A stretch of 63,004 nt of DNA, the filler included, from Dugesia japonica (lineage: Eukaryota): NCBI GenBank assembly GCA_001938525.1. It is 5 parts of 5 records of this genome, joined end to end, with 100 filler letters (N's around TTAATTAATTAA, not from the genome) between each part and the next. Parts side by side here need not be neighbours in the genome. Positions count along the whole stretch, not along the records: positions 50,593 to 63,004 come from MQRL01579831.1; 4 more parts are not named here. One strand, 5' to 3'. The translations under genes and the position numbers were made by a program. The notes under the pieces were generated by a model that saw only the letters and a program-made list of their open reading frames with translations, was not told the DNA's origin and did not search any database. This document shows, piece after piece, positions 50,679 through 63,004 of the stretch. The stretch's first letter is position 1; the number at the start of each line of letters is the position of its first letter.

Positions 50679-53600
50679 TTAATGATTATATTGTATAATT
50701 TGATCAATGCTTCTGTGAATAAAAATTACAGCAATAAAACACAGTGCCATTAAAATGGTACCAAACACTAGAATTATTGTTTCTGATTTTGAAGTCGGTA
50801 ACATAAAAAGTCGAACATATCTTTCACCAACGATACCGCGTCTGTAAGTATAGATTTCTTGGGAAGTTCCATTATTGAAAACTTTCAAACCGTCAAAGAC
50901 ATCACGATAATGAATCAAATTTGCTTCGACACAATAATATTTTTTTTTGATTGCTGAATGTTTTATATATTCACTTTAAAATATAAACAAATGAAAAATA
51001 TGAAAAACAGAATATGTTAAACAATATATTTTGGAACTTGGGTTAATGTTTTTTGAATTTTTGTTTTAATCAAAAATTAATTAAATATATTTTTTCATTT
51101 TTAAAATTAAAAATTTAATAGTGTAAGTGAGGATTTGTTAAATTTATAATTTGCTTTGGTATTGTATATTTTTATTGTTACACTTGCTAGTATTTGTTAA
51201 AAAAATTGAATAAAGGATTGTTGTTTAAATATTGCGAATTTTGTTGAGCAGTTTTTTAAAATAAGACATGAGTAAATCTTTTAGAATTTTGCAAGAATTA
51301 ATATTCAGATCCAAGGAATTTCTATAAGAAGAAAGAAACAATCAATTTATTTAATATGAATAACATTTTGGAAACTAATTATAATTCTGTTATTGATAAT
51401 AACTCTAACAGTGTAAGGAAATATTGAAATGAATTTTTTAAGTTAACGTAGACTTAATTAAATTTAATTTTAATATGATGTTGCAGTTAGTGTGGTCATT
51501 AGTATTAATAATTTTAAAATTTCGTGCATAAACTTTAAAGATGATTGGGTGACAGTTATGTGTGAAGCATTAATGATAAAATAGATAAGGTCATTCTAGG
51601 CCAGTAGATAGATATGAGCGCACCAAATCAGGGCCTCTCGAGGGAGGGGCTTAACCCCCACCATACCCCCATAGGTCATCAAATTTTTTGGAGGTGGGTG
51701 ATGAGTCATAGGGTACTCCTAAAAAAATTGTAAGGTCATAAGGTAACACCATTTTTTTAATTTTTTGTTTAAACTTTTTTTTTTAATTTTTTTGTTTGTA
51801 AAATTTTTTATATTATAAATTTTTTTTTTAATAAAATTTTTTTTAAAATATTTTAAATTTTCATTTTTTAAAAAATATTTTTTACGCTCATTTTGTTTTG
51901 ATGAGTCATACTTTTTCTTTATAAATTTTCTAAGTCAGAACAAAGATCTTATCCCTCCCCTAACCCCCACCCTACCCTGCGGCCATTTTGAAATTTTGTT
52001 TTGATGATTCGTACTTTTTCTTTGAAAATTTTCTAAGTAAGAACAAAAAACCATATCTCCACTCGGAAACCCTTAACTTTTAAAATTAAATTTTGAAATT
52101 TTTGTTCAAATGATTGTTTATTTGAACACTTATATTTTTTTTGAGAAATTTTTATAAGTATTTTCAAAAATTTTTTCTTTTACAAAACAAAATTTGAAAT
52201 GTTTTTTGTTTTGTTTATTTGAATATTTTTTAATTTGACATATTTATTATACATTACTAAAGAAATATCCTTTTACATTAAAATTTTATTTATAACCAAC
52301 TACAATTTATGTAATCACAAACTAAAATCATGTATAATAATTTTCTGCATTAGACTGTATGAACATGGCTCATTTCCATTTAGGGTGACTATTTCGAATT
52401 CAAATTCAAAAATGTATAACACATCTTTGATATCAATAAGTTCTTTTTCCAATACGTAATACCAATAATTGTCTTCTCCCAACAGTTTTGATTTTCTTTC
52501 ACATTTCAGGTGCATTTCATTAACTATTCTTCTTGCAAGATCTGAAAAATATAATAATAATAAAATAAATAAGTAATTAAAAAATAATTCCTTACCACGT
52601 TCAGTTATTTCTTCTCCATTGTTTAAAATCATTTTGAATTTGTATTTATATGAAAAATTAATTGCTTTACATACTAATTTGATTTAGAGCAACTTGTCCA
52701 TTAAAATTCAATCAATTAAAAAGATTTAAATGCTTTGTTTAACTTGCATTTGCATTGCACTTATTTTGCAATTATGTTAAAACAAAGAAATACCAGTCAA
52801 AAAATTATTGCAATGAAAGTAACACAAATAACACCAATAAAATAAACACATACAAACTATACCTTAAATATTTTTCAACATCAAGTATATAAAATGAAGA
52901 AATTATTATTTAATTTCAGTTTAAATGAATAAAAAATTGAACGAAAATCAATTACAATGGAGACACGCTATCGCGGATACTTGCAGAAAGCAAGCAGTGT
53001 TCAAATAATTATTTTCATTTATTTTTAAAAATCTTTTATTCAGAAAAATTTACAAGAAAAAGGGACAATACACAATTCCTTCTCATAAAAATATAAAGAA
53101 AAATCCCAACACAATGGATATATGTACCCTCAGCTATAAGAAGTATTTAAAAACCTGCAAGGTTATTAAAAAAAACAAAATCAACAAACGATACCCGTTA
53201 ATAAATTTGACTAACCACCTTTCAAAAATCAATAGTCAAGAATTTAACTTAAAACGATGGGATTTGGAGTAAAAAATTCAAGAGGGTTTGATGTAAATTA
53301 TATAGGCTTAAATATTGGACTCACTTATTATGAGCAAAACAACCGATGAAGACCAAGAAAAACTGAAATTCTGTCCGTAAAATTTGGAAAACATAACATA
53401 TTTGTTAACAAAATTCACAAATTCTATAGGAATAGTGCCAGAAACTAAGTATATTGAATCAATAAAGAAAGTTATTAAATTAAATGTGCCTGGAATCCCA
53501 CAACAAGTTAAAAATCAACATGCAAAAGATCTCAGTTTAATAGCTAAAGCGGAAGCATTAAGCAAGAATCAATGTTGTAAATTAGGTAATAATACAGGTA

Positions 53601-56600
53601 ATTTATTATTATTAAGGCATATATTTAATAATTAATTTTAGAACCTGATTGTCTCATCGAAGGAACAGAATTACATCGCAAATGAATGTATTAAAATATT
53701 TTTAGTTTAAATAGTTGTTTATTTTATTTTTTTTATAAACCTATATGGGTATATCTTAATAAAATAATAAATAAATAAATACACTTAAGTAAAAATAAAT
53801 ACAATTTTTATTTTAACGAGTTATTGCCTCATAAAGGACATAAATATCAATCACAATTTATGGTCCTAAAGAGGACCGATATACATTCTCAATATATAAT
53901 TTTTTTTATTTTTTCTTTTTTCCTTTTTCTTTACATTCCCTCCTGTATTCTGTACTGAAACANAATTTATTATTTATTATTTATAATATACGGTAAATAT
54001 ATCATTTTATAATTTCTTTTTACAAGTCCAATTGCAAATCTTCATTTTCGAAGTCATAATCTAGATCTAAAATTAAAAATATAAATAATTTTAATAATAA
54101 TATTATGAAACTATACCAGTAACGGTTTCTTCATTGTCCTTTAGTTAGGAAGATACTACACTGTCCTCTATGCTACTTAATTTGCAATAAACATATGGTA
54201 CAGATATGTTTTTGCTTGTCCACACTCGCTTATCATCGTTATTAGTGAGTGCGACATTTTTGTTCTTAAAACTTTATAACTGGTGGTTTATCAAACCAAT
54301 TCTAAATTGATCTATTGAGACCAGCAAATTATTCTCATAACAGTTAATGTATGACTGATGTCTTAAATTATTATTATTTATTGTTATCCCTTTTGCCTTC
54401 ATCGTTGCTTTATCACTCAAAAGGCTATAACACTTCGGTATCAAGAAAATTCATTCTTTGTACTTAACCTCTCTACTTTCATCCTTAAATTTCCCTATGA
54501 CTGAAATGAGATTGTTCCTGTAAAGTGGATGGCTTGTGTTGTAATTGGATGTATCCAATAACTGGTCTTTCACCATCAAACCGGTTAGCTTTTCCAAACT
54601 TATATCTACAACTTCAAGGAAAAAGCTATCCGTGTCGCCGGCTACAATATTTATTTTACAATTTTCTTCTATACGATACTTTCCCAACTGAATGTACTGA
54701 AGTTGGTACATTCGTAACTTTGAGAGGTCAAGTAATGTCTGTCCAATGAAGCTCTGACGATTTAAACATATTATTTCCTTATTGAGAAGAAAAGCTATCA
54801 GACCATCGTCTCTTTTGATTGTTCTTTTAAATCCAGCTTTCGAAGTGTATGTCATCAACTTCTCAGCTGAATTAAACAAGCGCAAATTTATTCTCTCTTT
54901 CAGGTTCTCCATCGTTTTTTCATATAGACTATTGTTGAGCAATTTGTAGTAATTTTTATGCAACTCTGTATCCGCTTCTGATCTTAACTTTGTATTAATA
55001 TTGATATACTTCTTAAATATTGATCCTTGACTAAATCGAACTCCCCTGTGTACCTATGTAACCTGTACACCTAACTTTATATACATCTGTAGCAGCCTCC
55101 AGTGAATGATGTAGTTTTTCTTCGGATAATGAGTCAACATCAATTTTTCCACTTTACTGTCTGGAGCGCAGTAAAGTTCCGCTGCTACCGGAAGACCGTT
55201 TAGATATTCCTGTATTTCTGCTGGAATAACCATATCCACCTCTAATGAGTATCCCTATGACAATGATTCAAAGTCCGTCGTTTTATATTTCTCCAAAACA
55301 TTTTTTAAAAAAATTTTAATGGGGGTACCCTATGACTCATCACCCACCTCCCAAAAAAATTGATGACTCATTGGGGTAGGGGATTAGGCCCCCTTCCTCG
55401 AGGGAGCTAATTTGGTGCGCTCATATCTTCCTACTTAGGCCTTTATTTTTAATTCATTTGATTCTCTGAATGGATTGCATAAATCATTACATAATCAGAA
55501 TTTTAACATGAGAACTTTAAATTAATTTAAAAATTATATCCTACGATGACATATGTTCTATGGAAACATGTAAAAGAATATATTTGAAAATTGTGTTTTA
55601 AACTATTTATAAAAAATGACCATTATTTTTTAATTATTAGGTTGTTACAAATTTCTGTTACGCCTGTGAAAAAATGCAAAAATAAAATTTTTTGAATTTC
55701 AAAACAATAGCAACTATTCAAAGTATGATCCATCATTATTCACCACTTTCTGCAAGCGGTATGCAAGTTTCGGACTCTGTTCAAAGTACCCATATGACTT
55801 CTTAAAATGAAATAATGCTAGCACGTTACTTCGACTTCAACAAATTATTCAAATAGATGATCATTTAAGAAAATTGCACTCAGGTGATACAATGTTTGGA
55901 ATGTGGTAAATCCTCGACGAGATCTAACTTTTCAAATTTTTCCTTAAGCTACTTGGTAGTGTATGGCTTGGCATTTCTCATGAAACTAGTCGCGCTCTCA
56001 ACAGAATAAAGACGAATACTTCTCCACCAATTTTTCATAAATACTACCAAGTTGCCGACAGTAAAGTTCAGAATCAATATCACGATCATTAAGAATTATT
56101 TAGAAGTGCAAAACGCCTTCAAAATTCCACCTGATACAAATCATAAGCTTCTTGCCAAATCAACGTGTAACTGACGGCACTGTCTAGCCACGTGGAATTT
56201 AGCACTTATTTTTATTGTGATTGACCAAAACCTACTTCTCGTCCAAGGTCACTATCCGTTTCCAGAATCGGTATTCCGATTGAAAGCTGAGCAGTTGATC
56301 ACAAATATCTACTCTTTTGACTACTTGTTCTTTAGTGAGGTCACGTGGAAGTTGTCGTGGCTTCTTATGAGAATAGTCATGTTGCAGAAGATGATAATGA
56401 ACCATTGATTTAGCAGTCCCAAGTTTAGATTTGTGAGTCCTTGATGATGGTTCAGCTTCTTAAGAAGCTTACAATTCATTATAGTCTAACTTCTAAGGCC
56501 GACCGGGACAAAGTTGATCTGTAAGACCTGGTGACCAGACAATTCGACACATAGACAAATCGACACATATTTCTTATAATTTATGATTTTTTAATGTTTT

Positions 56601-59600
56601 TTATTATTTTTAATAATTTTTACTGGTAATTATAATAAGTCATTTGGTATAATTTTAAAAAATGAATTTTTTTGGTATAAATTTTAATCGTGAATTTTTT
56701 TAGTAAAATGTTTAATAATGAATTATTTTAGTATAATTTTTGAATATTCTTCAGTAAGAATTATTTGTATTTAAATTTTAAAAAACATGCCCTCTCATAA
56801 CTAATTCAACAATATGATCCCAGAGTAGGCTTCCATCATACCCAAATTTAACCATTACTATTTTCAGGGAGAATTATTTTCAAGGGGAAATTACTTCCAA
56901 AGGAAAATTATTTCTACGGGGAATTATTTTCAAGGGAAATAAAATAAGATAAAATAACTGATATAATAATATAAGTAAAATATAAATATATTTAAAAATC
57001 AACATTTGACATAAAAAATGTAAAAAAATTTGAAGATTTGACACTACAAGAAAATATTTTATTCTCTGAATTGCATTATACAGTAATCACTGCTTTATTT
57101 TAACTTGTTACTACAGCAAGTTGGCTAATTTTCTCAAACATTTCAGCTTATCCTGTCGTCTTAGGTGACCCTTCCGCTGCTGTCTCGTGATGATTTCAAA
57201 CTATGATTGGAAAATGAGGATCTCTGCCTGCCGCAGCTTCTATGTATGTTGAGAAAAAGTAGGTCAGTACATCATTATAATAATTTTCATCAGGAAATGT
57301 AGATGCCAGCTGATCAAAAATGTTCCTAACATTATCGATTAGAACAAACGCTAAAGCTGCGAAGGATTTCAACTTCAATCTAATGTAGATGTTATTTTCA
57401 AAATCACTTTTGTGACCAACACTATTTATCTTCCTGATCAAGCTCTGACACAAATGAAAATAGCATCCCTTGACCTCAGCATGTGGAAAGGCAATTCTAG
57501 CTGCTATCATGCAGGCCTTCTCAAAATCCACCAGAACTTCCTGCGGTGAAATATCTGAAAGTAGCTCCTTAAGAATTTGAAACATTCTGCTGTAGGTATC
57601 TTATTCTTTCGCTACAAAAGGAAGTAAATGCACGGAGGATATGAATTTCCAAATCGAGTATGCCAGGTGTAGAGTTGGTAAAACATATTGGGTACTTTAT
57701 CAAATGTACCATCACCAAAGATAGTATCTTTAACCAGCTCGTTTAGAAAATTTCTGTCTCCTATTGCCAAAATTCTGTCAGGGTCATGCTCTCCAGAGTC
57801 ATGAAGAATAAAAGGTTTATATTTATCAACAATGACAAATTCTGGAGTTGTTGGATTAGGCAGGTGGACTCCTTCTCTGTGACGTAACAGATTTCTAGAA
57901 ATAGAAGACTGCTTTGGAAAATAAGCTAAGACATCACTGTTCACTTGTGACAGGATATTTCCCATAACATTTCTTATAGTAGCACCAACTGCTTTCATCT
58001 TCTGTTTCATTTTACCTTTTGCGATTTTTGCTTGTGCAGCTTGTCATGACTATGTTTTGGAACTACTCCTTGAAGGATTCCCGCTTTTGCCCTTATGAAA
58101 GCCTTGTAATTGATATAATGATGTTGTCTGCACCTCCAAGTTATCACATCATTGTCCTTATTTTCTCTAAATTTGGAATATTCAAAACCAAGTCAAAACT
58201 TGATTTCCTCTCTGAGTTGTTGAAAATTTCATTTGGAGGTCTGTCTATAGGCAAATAAAAAAAATAAAACATAATTTCATCTAAACCCACTTGATTGAAA
58301 AAAATATTTAGAAGATAAAAAAATCATTTATACAAATATCAAAAAAATTCATTATTAATAATTATTCAAAACTATTACTGCGGATTATTAAAAAAAATTA
58401 CAAAACATGATAATAAAAGATATACCAAAAAATTTCACGATTAAAAATTATACCAAAATAATTCGTTATTAAAAATTATAACAAATGACTTATTATAATT
58501 ACCAGTAAAAACTATTAAAAATAATAAAAAACATTAAAAAATTATAAATTATAAAAAATATGTGTCGATTTGTCTCTGTGTCGATTTGTCTCTGTGTCGA
58601 TGTGTGTGTGTCGATTTGTCTCTGTGTCGATTTGTCTCTGTGTCGATGTGTGTGTGTCGATTTGTCTGTGTCGATTTGTCATGTGTCGAATTGTCATGTA
58701 ACCAATTGATTAGTATAATCTTTTATTATACTTGTAATCTTTGCAATAATTAATTTTCGATTAATTAACGATTAAAATTAATGCAAGTAAAGCATTTAAA
58801 CACAATTAGAATTAAAACAAAATATAATAATAAGGTTACATGACAATTCGACACATGACAAATCGACAACCGACAAATCAACATAAAGACAAATTGACAC
58901 AAACAAATCGACACAGACAATTCGACACAGACAATTCGACACATATTTTTTATAATTTTTTAATATTTTTATTATTTTTAATAACTTTTACTGGTAATTA
59001 TAATAAGTCATTTGGTATAATTTTTAATACTGAATTTTTTTGGTATAATTTTTAATACTGAAATTTTTTGGTATAATTTTCAATACTGAATTTTTTTGGT
59101 ATAATTTTTAATAATGAATATTTTCGATATAATTTTTAATAATAAATTTTTTTGGTTTAATTTTGGTGCAGATATATTTTCCCTTTGGAAATAATTTCCC
59201 CCTAAAAATTATTTTATCCATTTAAAAATAGAAATAGGAAGAAAAATAATAAAAATATTAATTAATACATTATAACAAAATAATTACTAAACATAGAAAT
59301 ATATTAATTTACTCCTGGAAATAATTTAGTACTGCGTTGTTATTAAGAAATTTTGCGACATTTAATGATATTGATTAAATTAAGAAATTTTAAAATTGAG
59401 AAGATTTGACAGTACAAGAAGAAAGTTTGAAACTATATCTTGCAGATATTGATATTTCTGTATTTTTACGACCTATTTGTGCATTGGCTAGAGTAAGCCT
59501 GTAGCAAGCAATGTCTTTTTGAAGACCATCAAACAAATACCAAATACTGTGATGACTGCAGTGGAATAAAGAATTGAGCACATTATGGAAGCCCTCGCAA

Positions 59601-62600
59601 CAGTTTGTGATCTTTGATGACTCTTCTTCTGCTGTCTCGCAATGACTCTAAACTCTGATTGTAAACTGAGGATCTCTGCCTGCTTCACATTCAATATATG
59701 TTGAGAAAAAGAAGGTCAGCACATCATTATAATAATTTTCATCAGTAAATTTAGTAGTCAGCTGATCAAAAATATTCTTAACATCAGTGATTGTAACAAA
59801 CGCTAAAGCTGCCAAGGACTTCAACTTCAATCTAATGTTGATGTTAGTTTCAAAATCACTTTTGAAACCAACAATAAAGGGTTCCAAGTATCCGGTTTTG
59901 AACCAGGCAGTCCTTTAATTAAACTGCTTGTCCGGTGGGAAAAAATTAGAAGGAACGGACGTATATTTGTTTGGTATTCCTACCGACGGTTCAAAAATCT
60001 TTAAATTTAAATTTATTTACATCAGTAGGCTATGGAAATTTCTATTTTATATAAGTTATAGTTTATATAAAATATTAAAGTATTATTTAAAGTTTTTGCT
60101 AGTGTGGTAAAAGTGATAAATTAATAAATAAATTTCAAAGTATTTACAAATTGAATAATTAAGTGAAAAATTAAATATTAAATTTGTAGTATTAAAGATA
60201 ACGCACATACGACAACCATAAGAAAAATTCAGCCAAGACACACATATTACTCACCACACAGATAAGAAATCAACCAATATGTGATCATAATCCATTTCCC
60301 CATCATTAATTTTCTTATTGCTCTCTGTTTTAGAAAGAAAAATCAACTAGGTATGTATAACTTTAATAGCCAAATAATTTTAAATTAATTGAAAGTAATT
60401 CTAGCTAAGAAATGAATGAGGTAGAAGGTGGTTCCACAACAAAGAGAAGGAAGTGCAATTACAATACAGATTGGCAAAAAAAACTATAATTGGGTAAGCG
60501 AAGGTTATGTTGGAAATGAAAAATCAAACAGCAAAGCAAGATGCAAATTTTGTATTATAACGTTTACTTTTATTTAAGATGGTATTAAAGCCCTAACTCA
60601 ACAAGCAAACTCAAAAAAACACATTGAAGCTGAAACTGCTGCAGCTTCTTCTCAAAGATTAAAATCTTTCTTTTCACCGAAAGACAGTTCCTAAGACGAT
60701 GCAGTTGCTATTGCTCAATTATTGCAAATCTGTCGTGATGTAAAGCACTATCTATTATACTTGGCTCAGGGATGTGAAATTAAAATTATAAAACAGACAT
60801 TTTTTTATTCTATAATCGCTAGAAATGTTACAGCTGGACGTACTAAAGCTTCGGCAGTTGTACAATATGTTTTGTACCCCTTTTCAATTTAACTTGTGAA
60901 AAACGATTTGAAAAATAACGTACCATTTTCTTTTTCTGCTGAACATTTGGATAAAGGTTTTGTAAGCTATTTCCTGTAGCCATTCAATTTTATTTTTTAC
61001 AGAATGGTTTGACTTTTAAAATATTAAATTTCTATGAAGACACTTTCGAAGATTCAAGATCGATTAAAAATGAGCTATGTCGAGTATTAAATGAGAACGG
61101 ACTAATTTGGAACAATATAACTGCATATGATGCCGATATTGCTAGCGTGAATTACGAACTAAACAATTCGGTTTTTCAAAGATTAGTGAATGAAGAAAAT
61201 AAAACCATTATTGCAGCTCATTGCAATAATCATATAATTCATAATTGTGCTAAAAAGGCTTTGAAATTATTATCATTCGACATTGGAAACGTTATATTGA
61301 AAGTGGTTGCTGAGTTTTCTAATTCAGCCATAAAGCGAGAAAATTTGAAGGAATGTTATGATTCGACATAGTCATATTAGATGTCTATCTTTATTTAAAA
61401 CAGTTGATCGCTTGTTACTAAGCTGGCAGCCACTCAAATATTATTTTTTAGTCTTAGCAACACTATTTATCTTCCTAATCAAGGTCTGACACAAATAAAA
61501 ATTTTACCTAAAAAATTCAATATTAAAAATTATACCAAAAAAATTCAGTATTAAAAATTATACCAAATGACTTATTATAATTACCAGTAAAAGTTATTAA
61601 AAATAATAAAAAAATATGTGTCGATTTGTCTGTGTCGAATTGTCTGTGTCGATTTTTCCGTGTCGATTTTTCATGTGTCGAATTGTCGTGCGTCGATTTG
61701 TCATGTGTCGAATTGTCTGGTCACCGAATAATGCATATAAATTGAATCTTTCGCTGCTGTAACTGAACTTTTGGGGAAACATAATATTTAAAATTTTATT
61801 TGATAATTGACATTTTTCAAACATCAATTAAATACAACAATAATTATTTTACTCAATGGTTTTACCAATTTATTCAAAAACAGAAATCAATCTACCATCT
61901 GTTTTGAACTTAACTTTTTCGTTGTTTTAAAAAAGATTCTTTAATTTTAGATCGATTTTAGATCGATAAATATCCAAGTAATTATTAAATAACAAAAGAT
62001 TTATTATAAACTTTCCATATTCTGTTTAATTTTTTATTTCTTTTAAACTTGCTATTCATTTGATTATTTATATTTTGGATTTACAATCGATTATTACTGA
62101 TTTTTATCGTCGAAAATTTGGATAAATAACCAAAATTGCAAATTGAACTTTTTTATCAACGATTTTTTTATTATGAAAATTAAAAAACAATTGAAATCAA
62201 ATTTAAAGAAGTCCAACAATTATTTTTTTAGAATAAATTGTAGTTGTAAAAATCAATATTACACTTTTATTCTTTACAAAAATAAAATAATAAAAAATTT
62301 AATTCAAGTTTTTCGATGAAATAATAAAAATCTTACCTATTTTAAAATGAAGATTTTTTGAACAATTTTGTGATCGAAATCGTTTATAATATAATAAAAA
62401 TGGTAGAATCTGACTCAATATTTCACTTAGTCTTGGTGATAAAGTTTTCTTTTGATAATACATATCATAAGTAAATTGTGTAACAAATGGGCTTGCATAA
62501 TATTTGTAGAAAACATTTTCACCATGATGTTCCACCTTAAAATAGTTTTATTAAAAAACTCTAAACGTCATTATTAAAAATACTTTATCTAATAATTGAC

Positions 62601-62679
62601 AATAAGGATTCCTTGTCAAACATTCATAAATACTTTCAGTATAATTACTGAAATTTGCCTCATTAACATATCCAATGTA
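50679..62679 (-). CDS. Nicastrin-like gene, 3' exons (62679-62584, 62535-62337, ~50972/50953-50679)
   Basis: GT-AG exons: IYECLTRNPYCQLL (cf. nicastrin LYCFLxSxxCxLF), YYASPF..ILSQILPFLLYY..QNC, and terminal YCVEA..VRLFMLPTSKSETIILVFGTILMALCFIAVIFIHRSIDQII* (cf. RIFLxPSxxxExxTLxVG-TM). Confidence 0.55.
52315..52632 (-). CDS. Polinton accessory ORF, probably spliced (54-nt intron at 52542-52595)
   Basis: G|gtaagg..tttttcag| in-frame, T-rich intron inside an otherwise open frame. Product unknown. Confidence 0.4.
   Translation of the reverse strand: MILNNGEEITERGKELFFNYLFILLLLYFSDLARRIVNEMHLKCERKSKLLGEDNYWYYVLEKELIDIKDVLYIFEFEFEIVTLNGNEPCSYSLMQKIIIHDFSL
54180..55260 (-). pseudogene. Polinton pPolB, C-terminal polymerase half
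   Basis: GYSLEVDM..KVEKLMLT..NYIIHWRLL..YYKLLNNSLYEKTMEN (motif B), IGQTLLDLSKLRMY, AGDTDS (motif C), LDTSNY, IGKFKDE, KAKGI, NDDKR. Confidence 0.93.
55635..56529 (-). mobile_element. Mariner transposon relic, 5' end truncated by a MULE
   Basis: PGRP, RQLPRDLTKEQ (WVPHEL-like), RIVTLDEK, KKLMICIRWNFEGV, IDSELYCRQL; TIR-like tattaggttg at 55635. Confidence 0.85.
56530..58703 (-). mobile_element. Mutator-like (MULE) DNA transposon A with FLYWCH + MULE transposase pseudogene (~57100-58255)
   Basis: Long TIRs GGTGACCAGACAATTCGACAC.. / ..GTGTCGAATTGTCATGTAACC with ~15-bp subrepeats; FGDGTFDKVP..YQLYT, DFEKA, GCYFHLCQS. Confidence 0.92.
58834..61725 (-). mobile_element. MULE transposon B (same family, internally deleted, interrupted by a hAT)
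   Basis: TIRs GGTTACATGACAATTCGACAC.. / ..GTGTCGAATTGTCTGGTCACC; transposase C-terminus at 59390-59876, continuing at 61458-61500. Confidence 0.9.
59877..61457 (+). mobile_element. hAT transposon relic (BED finger + DDE, ATG ~60412), 3'-truncated
   Basis: 5' end (A)AGGGTTCC; KARCKFC..KKH; AGRTKA; LFPVAI; KILNFYE; AYDADIASVNY; CNNHIIHN; 8-bp TSD CAACAATA/CAACACTA. Confidence 0.85.
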
Positions 62680-63004
62680 CTAAGAAATTTATAAATAGAA
62701 AATTATTCAAATAATAAAAATGAAAATAAAAAAGGGATTTTTTTAAAAAATTGTTATTTCAAATAATTATCAATAAAATAAATTCATTCAAACAATCGAG
62801 AAGAGCTGGAGAAAAAAAGAGAATTAAAAGATGAATCAAGAAGACTTGATTGAGAATCAAAGCAGCTGAATTGAAGTAAGAATTAAAGTGAATAAATTTA
62901 AACTGAAACTAGAAAATAAAAAGAATAATTGAAATAATAGAAGAAATAGTTTATTTTTGAATCATTACTTGTTAAATCAATCTCATTATATATATATATA
63001 TATA

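Larger units (their letters stand above)
51603..55435 (-). mobile_element. Internally deleted Polinton (3833 bp) with both termini and a 6-bp TSD
   Basis: Left end AGTAGATAGATATGAGCGCACCAAAT.., right end ..ATTTGGTGCGCTCATATCTTCCTACT; ~120-bp imperfect TIRs; TSD TAGGCC at 51597-51602 and 55436-55441; contains the pPolB C-terminal half. Confidence 0.93.

Noticed and set aside
51961-51968. Telomeric repeat
   Set aside because: A single TAACCC-like unit inside a Polinton subterminal region, not an array.
58560-58945. Tandem ~15-bp GTGTCGATTTGTC repeats resembling a CRISPR array
   Set aside because: No unique spacers, eukaryotic context, and the repeats are subterminal parts of MULE TIRs (also at 56540 and 61617-61720).

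Overview
Very AT-rich eukaryotic genomic DNA with short GT-AG introns, (AAT)n microsatellites and many gaps. It looks like a free-living flatworm (planarian/triclad) draft assembly; this is inferred from composition and repeat content. Four identical 100-bp spacers (44N-TTAATTAATTAA-44N) split the window into five pieces that are probably not truly adjacent. Host genes: a five-exon spen/SHARP gene (4 RRMs plus SPOC, last exon missing), the first coding exon of a two-pore K+ channel with a very long cap loop, and the 3' exons of a divergent nicastrin-like gene whose ~11-kb intervening region is filled with transposons. The rest is decayed mobile DNA: several Polinton/Maverick relics (packaging ATPase, integrase, major capsid, adenain protease, two pPolB lineages, and one 3.8-kb internally deleted copy with intact termini and a perfect 6-bp TSD), Ty3/Gypsy retrotransposons, mariner/Tc1, MULE and hAT elements. 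The most notable observation is not intact in the ORF track: two independent, diverged Polinton copies each carry a compact ~150-aa TATA-binding-protein (TBP)-like gene head-to-head with the packaging ATPase. This suggests a Polinton/polintovirus lineage that encodes its own basal transcription factor.
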